A stretch of DNA of 64,000 nt, taken from positions 1,474 to 65,473 of the forward strand of contig JAJRSE010000050.1 of NCBI GenBank assembly GCA_024278955.1, read 5' to 3'. Source of the DNA: Planctomycetota bacterium (GTDB lineage: Bacteria > Planctomycetota > Planctomycetia > Pirellulales > Lacipirellulaceae). Under the pieces are notes generated by a model, which ran no database searches, was not told where the DNA came from, and saw only the letters and a list, made by a program, of their open reading frames with translations. This document shows positions 55,849 to 64,000 of the stretch, one piece after another. The translations under genes were made by a program, and so were the position numbers. Position 1 is the first letter of the stretch. Each line of letters opens with the position of its first letter.

Positions 55849-56136
55849 TTAAGAGCCCGGACCCCGAATGGCAAGGCTATGTAGTATCAATACCGAGCCC
55901 ACCGAAATCAGGCACCAGCCAAGCCAATCTGGGGGACGAATCACTTTGTGAGACGTACTGCCAAGATCGCTGGCAAACGTAACCATTGTGCTATGCGTAC
56001 TCGAAGCATTGCTGCGTTCTGCCAAAAACTGAGTCGCTTCATCGGTCAGAATGTAGGAACTGACCACACGAAATTGCAGTCCTAAGAGCAGAATCACAAT
56101 GCCCAGAAAAAAATACTGATTGCGGTTGAGTTCCAT
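55849..56136 (-). CDS. Small two-TM membrane protein
   Basis: MELNRNQYFFLGIVILLLG..PPDWLGWCLISVGSVLILHS. Confidence 0.7.
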   Translation of the reverse strand: MELNRNQYFFLGIVILLLGLQFRVVSSYILTDEATQFLAERSNASSTHSTMVTFASDLGSTSHKVIRPPDWLGWCLISVGSVLILHSLAIRGPGS

Positions 56137-56428
56137 GTCGCCAATCCCTGTTGCCCGGGCTGCTTCTCTCGGTAATCTACACAGACCGTTCTTGTTAACG
56201 AATTGCTCTCTCTGCCAAGCAAGCTTTTTACAGGAACGTGCGTAGCCAGCCGACAAGTATCATTATCGTGCTCTTGGCAAGGGACTCTCCATGTCGTCGA
56301 GACCTTTGATAGTCCTGTCGATCGTAGGGTTACCAGCGTAAAGACCGGCCATGCCGACTAACTCTGTTTTGTGGGCGCGAAGAGAGAGCCGAGGCAAAAA
56401 CGCCCAAGCATGAGATTGTGCCCGACCA

Positions 56429-56728
56429 CTAACGCGGAGCACTGCGGTTTAGCAGCCGATCTACCTCGGTTTGCAGCGTTTCAACAGCGTTGTTTTTCAT
56501 CAAGTTGCCTTGGTTGGCATTCAACAAAGCGGCGGCGATCTCGGGATGCTGGGCCCAATCGGCAACCGTAAAACCACGAACATCGACATAAGCGGCCGCC
56601 AGCTTCGGAGAGACTTTCGGTACAAAATGAACCCCGTCATGGGCTCGCACCACATGATAATTCATCGCTCCGAACAGCAAAAATGCTCCGGTTACCATAC
56701 CAAGGAAAAAAGTCATGAGGCGACGCAT
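56429..56728 (-). CDS. Small membrane-anchored hypothetical protein
   Basis: MRRLMTFFLGMVTGAFLLFG..YHVVRA.DG.HFVPK. Confidence 0.7.
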   Translation of the reverse strand: MRRLMTFFLGMVTGAFLLFGAMNYHVVRAHDGVHFVPKVSPKLAAAYVDVRGFTVADWAQHPEIAAALLNANQGNLMKNNAVETLQTEVDRLLNRSAPR

Positions 56729-57007
56729 AGTCTGGGCTCCCGGGAAAACAACTCCCGCTCTGTTCAATTTCCGATGTGACCTTTGACCACACAATCTACC
56801 CGGTATGGGACAATCCAGGCAACTCAGCTGACCAGGATCAGCACCAGACCCCTGCTTCTTTGGATTCAGCAGCTTGAATTATCGGTTGAAGCCCCTAAGA
56901 AGCCTCCAAGAAACTATCGCTGATTCCGGTTATACTACTGGTATTGGTTAGTGTGCTCAGAATGTTGGCAGGCTATTTTCTTGACACCGATTCCGATGCG
57001 GAGCATC

Positions 57008-57114
57008 CTAGGCTTTGTCAAATGCTAATTTTCGGGTGTGAAATGCCAGAAGTCATTACTGGACAAGTTGTTCTGGCATCTCACCCCCGAATTTTTGATA
57101 ATGACAAAGCCTAG
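57008..57114. mobile_element. 107-bp CTAG-flanked MITE-like long inverted repeat
   Basis: CTAG-GCTTTGTCA ... TGACAAAGC-CTAG; imperfect arms extend to TGCCAGAA/TTCTGGCA. Confidence 0.7.
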
Positions 57115-57217
57115 AAAAAACTGCCTTTCTATGGGACTTGGTCCGCAGATGTAGTACCTTTGCATGTCCCTATTTATTAGCAAAAGCAGCAGTCGCCCAC
57201 TACTGAAACGATTTCCT

Positions 57218-58585
57218 ATGAATTCTCTCCCTGGCCACAGACTGCGTGGCGTTTGGATACTGGTTGTAGCCCTCTTGCCAACCGCGATTGGCTGTGAACT
57301 CATTACTTCCTCGAAAGAAGAAGGCGAGACGCTCCCACGCCGAGTCTACTCGATGGGAAGACTCGAACCGGCCTCTGGCGTCATCAACATTCGCGCCACT
57401 CCTGGCGATCGACTCGTAGAACTTCGCGTCCTTTCGGCGGGTGATATTGTTCCCTCAGACGGAATCCTAGGCCTGCTCTCAAGCTACGAGATGGGCAAAG
57501 CCCAGCTTAGTGCCTTGCTTGAGAAAAAAAAGCTCGCTGCTCAGAAGCATTACCAGCAAAAACAACTTGCCAAAGCCCAGGTCGCTCAAGCCATCGCCTC
57601 TCAAGCACAAACCAAGGCCAGGCAAACCGAACTCGCACTACAAGCGGGCAAATTAGACGCTTTGAGCGTTGCCCGCGACCTTGCTGAGAGCGAGTTTGTC
57701 CGACTCAAGAAACTCCGTTCCTCCGACCTTGATCTTGTCACCCAACACCAGCTTGATAAACAAAAAAATCGGATGGAACTGGCCAGCCAGGATTACACTA
57801 TCGCGAGCGAGAGCCACAAGTCGGCCACCGTAGCCGCCGAGTTAGCCGTTCTGGCGGCCAATGCCAATCTCTCGGTTGCAGAAATCACCCGGAAGCAAGC
57901 GACAACGAACTTTGAAGAATTTGTCATCCAGCAGGAAATCAAAGTCGCCCGAGAAGCCCTGAAGCGGTCGATACTTCTTGCTCCGTACCAGCCGCCTAAC
58001 GCTCTGCAAAAGCTTCTCCTGCTCGAAGACTCGGAAACCGACCCGAGCGAAACAGAAGACTCAAAACTCGACGACACCCCGCAGTACACGGTCTTGTCAG
58101 TTGCCCTCCATCAGGGCGAGGTCGTTACTCCCGCAGCAGTGATGCAGTTAGGCGACCTGAGAGAGATGGTCTGCATCGCAGAAGTGTACGAAGCAGATGT
58201 TCAAGAGCTTTACGAAGGACAGGCCGTCACGATCAGAAGCCCAGCCTTCTCCGGGAAATTTGCCGATGGAAAAATCGATCCAAAAACTAAACGCCATTCC
58301 GGCGGCATTCAAGGCCATGTCAAGAGCATCGGCAAAATGGTTGCCCCACCTGGACTCTCGAATCGCAACCCGCTCGCACCAACCGACCGCAGCGTAGTCG
58401 AAGTTCTGATTACGATCGACGACAATTCGGGCGATGGCGAAACGGCGATCCAACATGCTGCGGAGAAAGTAAGCCTCAAGGTGACCGTCGAATTTGAGGT
58501 CGCTTCTGACGCAAAAGAAAAAAACAAGCCGAGCCAATCTGCTGAGGCAGCCGAGCAAGAGAAACCAGAGACCGACAATCCGTAA
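57218..58585 (+). CDS. devB: DevB-type membrane fusion protein
   Basis: GRLEPASGVINI, coiled coil, LGDLREMVC.AEVYEADV..L..GQ.V.I, D.SVVEV.I; ATG 57218 gives a lipoprotein-like AIGC. Confidence 0.85.
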   Translation: MNSLPGHRLRGVWILVVALLPTAIGCELITSSKEEGETLPRRVYSMGRLEPASGVINIRATPGDRLVELRVLSAGDIVPSDGILGLLSSYEMGKAQLSALLEKKKLAAQKHYQQKQLAKAQVAQAIASQAQTKARQTELALQAGKLDALSVARDLAESEFVRLKKLRSSDLDLVTQHQLDKQKNRMELASQDYTIASESHKSATVAAELAVLAANANLSVAEITRKQATTNFEEFVIQQEIKVAREALKRSILLAPYQPPNALQKLLLLEDSETDPSETEDSKLDDTPQYTVLSVALHQGEVVTPAAVMQLGDLREMVCIAEVYEADVQELYEGQAVTIRSPAFSGKFADGKIDPKTKRHSGGIQGHVKSIGKMVAPPGLSNRNPLAPTDRSVVEVLITIDDNSGDGETAIQHAAEKVSLKVTVEFEVASDAKEKNKPSQSAEAAEQEKPETDNP

Positions 58586-58653
58586 CACTCCTTTGCGAGT
58601 GCCCCCTGCCCCGACGGGAACACCCGCCTGCCTTGATGGGCACGGGCAAAACC

Positions 58654-59940
58654 ATGAAAACTCCACTCGCCTGGAAGAACATCGCGCACAATAGGGCCCG
58701 CACGGCCATCGGCGTTGCAGGCGTGGGGTTTGCGGTGATACTTATTTTTATGCAAATCGGCTTCAAAGGGGCCATCCGGAAAACGGCAACGCAGATTTAC
58801 GATGCCCTCGAATTTGACCTGATGCTGCGTTCTCCGGCCTATTTGCATCTTACCGAGCCGCGATATTTCCCCCGTTCAAGGGTTTTTCAAGCCGCCTCGC
58901 TAGCTGAGGTCGCCAAGGCTCGCCCTTTCTATTTAGGGCTCAGCGAATGGCAAGCTCCAATCTCACATTTGGGCCCTACTAGCGAAGTGCTTGGCGATGT
59001 TGAAGGCGGCAATGCCAAAGATTCTGATCCCGCTGGTCAATGGCGTAGCATTATCACGATGGGCACCCTGCCCCATGATCCGGCCTTTAAGCGTCAAGAC
59101 ATTTGCGCAAAAGCTGCGCAGCTTTCTGATTCTCGTTTTGTGCTCGTCGATTCTGAATCGAAGCCCGAGTACGGGCCCGTCGGCGGCAAAGAATTTGGTC
59201 CAGCAGACATCGGCGTTGAAACGGCTCTTGGTCCTCATCGGGTACAAATCGTGGGGCTCTTTAAGCTAGGTACCGGCATGGCATCCAACGGAGCTTGTCT
59301 AACAAGCCCTGAAGGTTATGTTCGCGCCTGCCCTTGGCAAACGATTGACCAAGTAAACTTTGGGCTGATCAAACTTCGAGACCCTAGCACTGCTGCTTCG
59401 GTAAGAATCCAGCTGCAAAAAATATACGGCATCCCCGCTTCGATCTCCAACGCCGAATCGTTTCGGAAACTCGACGCCTCGCTGTTAACCAATGTCGATG
59501 TTGAAATTCTTACCCGCGCCGAAGTCAACGCCCACGAAGAGCGCCGCTGGGTTGACGATACACCGCTTGGCCAAATTTTTCAGCTCGGCGTCTGGGTGGC
59601 AATTTTCGTAGGCATTGCCATTGTTTATCAAGTACTTTCCAGTGACATCGCAAACATGATGGGGGAGTATGCCACTCTCAAGGCGATGGGCTACAGCAAC
59701 AAGTATCTCACTCGTGTCGTCCTTCAACAGTCGGTAATGCTGGCTGTTGTCGGATATGTTCCCTCGCTCTTGGTCTCTACCATTCTCTACGAAGTCGTAG
59801 AATCCGCTTCGGGAATGCCTATGTTCATGACTTGGCAAATCATGCTCACCGTCCTGCTACTAGCCGTGGTCATGTGTGTCGTCTCGGGCTTAGGAGCTCT
59901 CCGGAAACTGTACCAGGCTGACCCTGCCGATTTATTCTAA
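58654..59940 (+). CDS. devC: DevC-type ABC permease, copy 1
   Basis: TPLAWKN, GVGFAVILIFMQIGF, VGLFKLGT, IVYQVLSSDI...EYATLKAMGY, RKLYQADPADLF. Confidence 0.9.
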   Translation: MKTPLAWKNIAHNRARTAIGVAGVGFAVILIFMQIGFKGAIRKTATQIYDALEFDLMLRSPAYLHLTEPRYFPRSRVFQAASLAEVAKARPFYLGLSEWQAPISHLGPTSEVLGDVEGGNAKDSDPAGQWRSIITMGTLPHDPAFKRQDICAKAAQLSDSRFVLVDSESKPEYGPVGGKEFGPADIGVETALGPHRVQIVGLFKLGTGMASNGACLTSPEGYVRACPWQTIDQVNFGLIKLRDPSTAASVRIQLQKIYGIPASISNAESFRKLDASLLTNVDVEILTRAEVNAHEERRWVDDTPLGQIFQLGVWVAIFVGIAIVYQVLSSDIANMMGEYATLKAMGYSNKYLTRVVLQQSVMLAVVGYVPSLLVSTILYEVVESASGMPMFMTWQIMLTVLLLAVVMCVVSGLGALRKLYQADPADLF

Positions 59941-60002
59941 TCTCAAATACAAAGCTCTTCACTCGTTTAGCAATCACTTCCTAAAGCCGATAGCCTTCCT
60001 GC

Positions 60003-61196
60003 ATGACACGAAGAAGCAAAACACCGCTGGCATGGAAAAACCTGACGCACGATTGGCGACGACTGGCTGCTGCGCTGGCGGGAATCAGTTTTGCCGTTTT
60101 GCTTATGTTCACTCAAGTTGGTTTCCAGAACGCCCTGTTCGATAGCCAGGTCAAAGTTATCGACGACCTCCAAGGCGATATTTTCCTCGTCAGCAAAGCA
60201 AAGTACACGCTTGCTGCTGAAAAACGGTTCTCGATCTCCCGTATTCACCAAGCGCAGTCTTGCTCAGGGGTCCAAGGTGCGTACCCGCTTTACTCTGAGT
60301 TGACCACTTCGGTTTTAAGAGAAATGGATCGAGGAATCGGAACTCGAGGGTTCCCCTTAAGAACGCTTGGCTTCTACCTCGACGATCCGATTTTTCAATC
60401 GGAGGAGATCAAGACAAAACTCCACCGACTACGCGCGCCCGGCACCGCATTGATCGACGCGAAAAGCAAAAAGAAGAAGTTCAACTTTCCAATGCAAGAC
60501 GAAGCCAAACTGGCTCAATACTCCCTCGAGCTGGCGAATAAAAACCTTACCCTGGTCGGCACCTTTAACCTGGGTACCGACTTTGCCCATGATGGCAATC
60601 TTGTCATGAATGCCGAGAATTTTGCCAAGTACTTTCCCCACCGAAAACGTTTTGGCGACCCCCTGAGCGTCGTCGACATCGGCATTGTCCATGTACAAAA
60701 AGACTTCAGCACCGGCGAAGTTATCGAAATACTAAAGAAAACTCTCGACGACGATGTCTTTGTCCTATCTCGAGAGAACTTTCGTGCTGCCGAAATTGAA
60801 TTCTGGGACAAAAGCACGCCCATCGGCACCATTTTCTTGGCCGGCAAGCTAATCGGCTTTGTCGTCGGCATGGTCATCTGCTATCAAGTAATTTACTCCG
60901 ACATTGCAGAGCACATGTCTGAGTTTGCCACCCTCAAGGCCATGGGGTACAAGACCTCCTTTTTCATCCAACTCATTGTCGTCGAAGCTCTACTTCTTTC
61001 CGTTATCGGATTTATCCCAGGAACTATTTTCAGCCGTCTGCTTTACGAATGGCTCGCGGGTCAAACGGGCCTACTTATGCTCATGACAGTCCCTGGCATT
61101 GTTTTTGTTTTCGCCATGACCGTTACCATGTGTGTCGCCTCCGGCCTCCTAGCAGTAAGAAAGCTTCTCGCCGCCGACCCTGCAAGCTTATTTTGA
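60003..61196 (+). CDS. devC: DevC-type ABC permease, copy 2
   Basis: TPLAWKN, GISFAVLLMFTQVGF, VGTFNLGTDF..DGN, ICYQVIYSDI..EFATLKAMGY, RKLLAADPASLF. Confidence 0.9.
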   Translation: MTRRSKTPLAWKNLTHDWRRLAAALAGISFAVLLMFTQVGFQNALFDSQVKVIDDLQGDIFLVSKAKYTLAAEKRFSISRIHQAQSCSGVQGAYPLYSELTTSVLREMDRGIGTRGFPLRTLGFYLDDPIFQSEEIKTKLHRLRAPGTALIDAKSKKKKFNFPMQDEAKLAQYSLELANKNLTLVGTFNLGTDFAHDGNLVMNAENFAKYFPHRKRFGDPLSVVDIGIVHVQKDFSTGEVIEILKKTLDDDVFVLSRENFRAAEIEFWDKSTPIGTIFLAGKLIGFVVGMVICYQVIYSDIAEHMSEFATLKAMGYKTSFFIQLIVVEALLLSVIGFIPGTIFSRLLYEWLAGQTGLLMLMTVPGIVFVFAMTVTMCVASGLLAVRKLLAADPASLF

Positions 61197-61269
61197 TTTT
61201 GGAATTTAAGAGACAAGCAACACCAATAGCCCCCCTAACGCCCAACGCCTAACAACCACCTACTACTCC

Positions 61270-62415
61270 ATGCCTTCACTCACTACGATCCCAGCTACGA
61301 GCGGCGCCTTTGTCGGCGACCTCCAATTACCCAAGACCGTGAAGGTCCAAAACCTGAACTATTTTTTTGGCGAAGGAGAGTTGCGTAAGCAAGCGCTGTT
61401 CAACAATAACTTGGAAGTCCGTCGTGGCGAAATTGTTATCATGACCGGCCCCTCGGGCTCTGGCAAAACCACCCTCCTGACGCTCATCGGTACGTTACGT
61501 ACTACTCAAGATGGCAGTCTCAAGGTCCTCGGCAACGAACTGCAAGGCTGCGACCGCGATCTCATCGTCCGTGTCCGCCGCCAGCTAGGATTTATTTTCC
61601 AAGCCCACAATCTTTTTGAATCGCTCACGGCTTACCAAAACGTCAACATGGCCGCCGAGTTGGCAGGACTCGACCCCATGATTGCCGAGGGGCGAATCAA
61701 ATCGCTTCTTACGCGTCTCGGACTTGGCGAACGAATTCACTACAAACCCAAGTCGCTTTCTGGTGGACAAAAACAACGCGTCGCCATCGCACGGGGACTC
61801 GTCCATAAGCCAAAACTTATCCTTGCCGACGAACCGACTGCCGCACTCGACGAAAAATCGGGCCGTGAAGTCGTGACTCTTTTCCAAGAGCTTGCCCGGG
61901 ACGAAGGCTGCACCATTATCATGGTCACCCACGACAATCGCATTCTGGACGTCGCCGATCGTATCATCAACATGGTCGATGGACAGATCAAGTCGGACGT
62001 CGCCGTACAGGAAGCCTCTGTCATCTGCGACTTCCTCAAAGAGATCCCTCTTTTCGATCACCAAACTCCGAATACGCTGGCAAAAATTGCCGATCAAATG
62101 ATGGTCCAAGAGGCCGAATCCGGCGATACGATTATCCGCCAGGGAGACCCTGGCGACCTCTTCTATCTGATACGAAACGGCACGGTCGAGGTTCGAGTCC
62201 ACGACGGAAAGCAAGAGCGAACCGTGGCTGAGCTAAAAGAAGGCCAGTACTTCGGAGAAGCAGCATTGATCACTGAGGAGCCGAGGAATGCTACGGTGGT
62301 TGCAAAAGGAAAAGCGATTTTCTACGCACTCGAAAAGAAAGACTTTCGAGAGGTGCTTGAAAGAAGTGCTTCCTTTGAAGAAGAACTACGGCAAGCACTG
62401 TTCGGCAGACAGTAA
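61270..62415 (+). CDS. devA: DevA-type ABC ATPase with C-terminal cyclic-nucleotide-binding domain
   Basis: GPSGSGKT, LSGGQKQR, LADEPT, VTHD; then IIRQGDPGDLFYLI..G.V...GQYFGEAALI..PRNATV. Confidence 0.92.
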   Translation: MPSLTTIPATSGAFVGDLQLPKTVKVQNLNYFFGEGELRKQALFNNNLEVRRGEIVIMTGPSGSGKTTLLTLIGTLRTTQDGSLKVLGNELQGCDRDLIVRVRRQLGFIFQAHNLFESLTAYQNVNMAAELAGLDPMIAEGRIKSLLTRLGLGERIHYKPKSLSGGQKQRVAIARGLVHKPKLILADEPTAALDEKSGREVVTLFQELARDEGCTIIMVTHDNRILDVADRIINMVDGQIKSDVAVQEASVICDFLKEIPLFDHQTPNTLAKIADQMMVQEAESGDTIIRQGDPGDLFYLIRNGTVEVRVHDGKQERTVAELKEGQYFGEAALITEEPRNATVVAKGKAIFYALEKKDFREVLERSASFEEELRQALFGRQ

Positions 62416-62420
62416 AACCG

Positions 62421-63764
62421 TTACTTGCTGCAACACACACTGCTCTTCTTGTGACACGTTTCTCCGACGCACTCGCAACAGACTCCCGTGTTGCAGCCCT
62501 CGGTGCATAGCTGGGGAGCAAAACCACATTCCAATGCCAACACCCCTTGAGCTTTGCGAAGGCTCACGTCCGCCAGCTTCAAGGCCACAAACTGCCTCAC
62601 AAGACGCGATTCGGCCTGGTAGAGCTGTGCTCGGTAGTTACTTATTTCGAATACTGTCACGTCCTCCACATCTCGCATCTTTTCTAGCTCGTACAGCCCT
62701 TCGCGGTGATCTTGTACATTCTGCTGCGCCACGACGACACGTTGATGCTGAAGATTAACTTTGTAGACAGCGCTTTTTATCTCTGCCGTCGCGAGCTTCT
62801 CGGTATCCGCATAGAACATCGACAACTGCCGGCATCGTACAGGCACTTCGTGCTCGTTACATCGGAAGCATCGCATGGCATGAACCAAGCCATCAATAGG
62901 TTCTACCGACCCTAAAGTCGAATCGGCAAATTTCAAAACTCCCCGAGCAACCGGCAACGTGCTCTTTTCCAAATTGCAAATCACCAAGGCAAGGCCACGA
63001 AGATCGGAGCGCGTCGCGAGCCCTTCGGCAAGCTCTAGCTCAGCATCCAAAGGAGTCAAATCGGGTTCCCAGCTCACTTCTGGCCAGTAAAACGAGTGTT
63101 CGTTCAAAGGACATCCCACAAGCTTTTGTAGCTGGCCATTCAGCTGGACTCGCATGAAATCTAACTGCAACTTCTGGTCGCGAAGCTCGCTAAGTTTCGA
63201 CGCAACCGAGCCACGATCTATAGCTTCGGGCAATGCAATTCCTTGGGCTCGCAGCTTAATCACTCGCTCAAGAGTTTGCTCGGCCTCGTCAATTCCCTTC
63301 AAAAGATAGCTTTCCTGAGCCTCAAGGCCGGCCAGTTGGTAAAAAGCTTCAAGCGCCGCAGCTGCCGAGGTGTTTCGCAAAGAGCAAGCGTGTAAGGAAA
63401 GCAAATCGCGATCGATGCAGAAGTTTTTGCGAACATTTTTCGTATCACATTCGATAATCACCTTCGCCCAATGGCGTTCTAGCTCTACCAAGTTTGCAAG
63501 ATTCGCATTGGTTGCCGCATTGCATTGGCAAGTGGAAGGATCAAGTAATTGAAATGTTTCTTCCGGCGAAGGGAGCGGCGTCAACTCACTTTCGAGACAC
63601 ACGAGCTCGGCCAGATTTTGGGCATCCTGTTCAACTTCAACGGTCTCACTCAAGCAAGGCGCAGACGGCGTCCCCGAAACGCGGCACCCCGAAGGACAGG
63701 CGCAACCCGTTACTGCCGCGATAAGCGGCGTTATCAGGAAAAAAGCAAAAAGCCGAATAAGCAT
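62421..63764 (-). CDS. TolC/OEP-like lipoprotein (divergent)
   Basis: VTGC lipobox (start about 63764, track start 63872); helical repeats, GLATRSDL, LYQAESRL..ALKLA; Cys-rich termini. Confidence 0.55.
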   Translation of the reverse strand: MLIRLFAFFLITPLIAAVTGCACPSGCRVSGTPSAPCLSETVEVEQDAQNLAELVCLESELTPLPSPEETFQLLDPSTCQCNAATNANLANLVELERHWAKVIIECDTKNVRKNFCIDRDLLSLHACSLRNTSAAAALEAFYQLAGLEAQESYLLKGIDEAEQTLERVIKLRAQGIALPEAIDRGSVASKLSELRDQKLQLDFMRVQLNGQLQKLVGCPLNEHSFYWPEVSWEPDLTPLDAELELAEGLATRSDLRGLALVICNLEKSTLPVARGVLKFADSTLGSVEPIDGLVHAMRCFRCNEHEVPVRCRQLSMFYADTEKLATAEIKSAVYKVNLQHQRVVVAQQNVQDHREGLYELEKMRDVEDVTVFEISNYRAQLYQAESRLVRQFVALKLADVSLRKAQGVLALECGFAPQLCTEGCNTGVCCECVGETCHKKSSVCCSK

Positions 63765-64000
63765 AGAAATCAATCGAGAGGGAACAAACACGCTGATTGC
63801 TATGGTTATCGAGCGCCACATATGCTGCAAGCAGCAGTTGCCACTGTTTTTCCACATACTCTGTTCAGGCAAACTTTGTGGGTTACGAACTCAATAGCAG
63901 TCGCGTAAACATTGCCTCGAAGGGCGCGACCACTGGTCAATTTATGTAACTCGGCGCGACGGAGTCGCGACGCTTCTTTTTGGAGTTCTCTTGGCCCTGG

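Noticed and set aside
1-64000. CRISPR array, rRNA, integrase, retron or intact RT
   Set aside because: No regularly spaced repeat-spacer series and no such ORFs seen; the RT-related sequence is only the domain X relic

Overview
This window looks like planctomycete chromosomal DNA (Pirellulales, Lacipirellulaceae-like). That call is inferred from a DUF1559 prepilin-like protein, an LEPRxxL extracellular leader, dockerin-like/PEP-CTERM proteins and SHC-like repeat proteins. Most of it is ordinary backbone: TolC, WYL regulator, SulP, BlaI/M56, FHA-GAF kinase, birA, nrdR, hisG/hisE, miaA, Skp, MscS, RsbW/RsbV. Four regions stand out. (1) 40.2-49.0 kb is a co-oriented peptidoglycan-hydrolase cluster (Amidase_2, M14 peptidase, SpmA, SpmB, S66 LD-carboxypeptidase, 1147-aa secreted Amidase_3). 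It is followed by two paralogous PEP-CTERM genes and a DUF1559 gene. Three of these intergenic regions share a WGCGCA-N15-TGCGCA palindrome. (2) 50.6-54.1 kb is an integrase-less island at tRNA-Asn. It holds a GIY-YIG gene flanked by a hairpin-substituted tRNA copy, a 48-bp direct-repeat cassette, vapBC, and remnants of a group II intron maturase, a RAYT-type transposase and a DUF4062 protein. (3) 14.3-15.9 kb is a scar with a PEP-CTERM pseudogene and an IS256 transposase fused in frame to a dockerin-like tail. (4) 57-64 kb is a DevB-DevC-DevC-DevA(cNMP) exporter with a convergent TolC-like gene. At least five families of small palindromic REP/MITE-like elements are scattered through the window. 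No CRISPR array, rRNA or integrase was seen. All protein calls come from motif recognition by eye; no database search was run.
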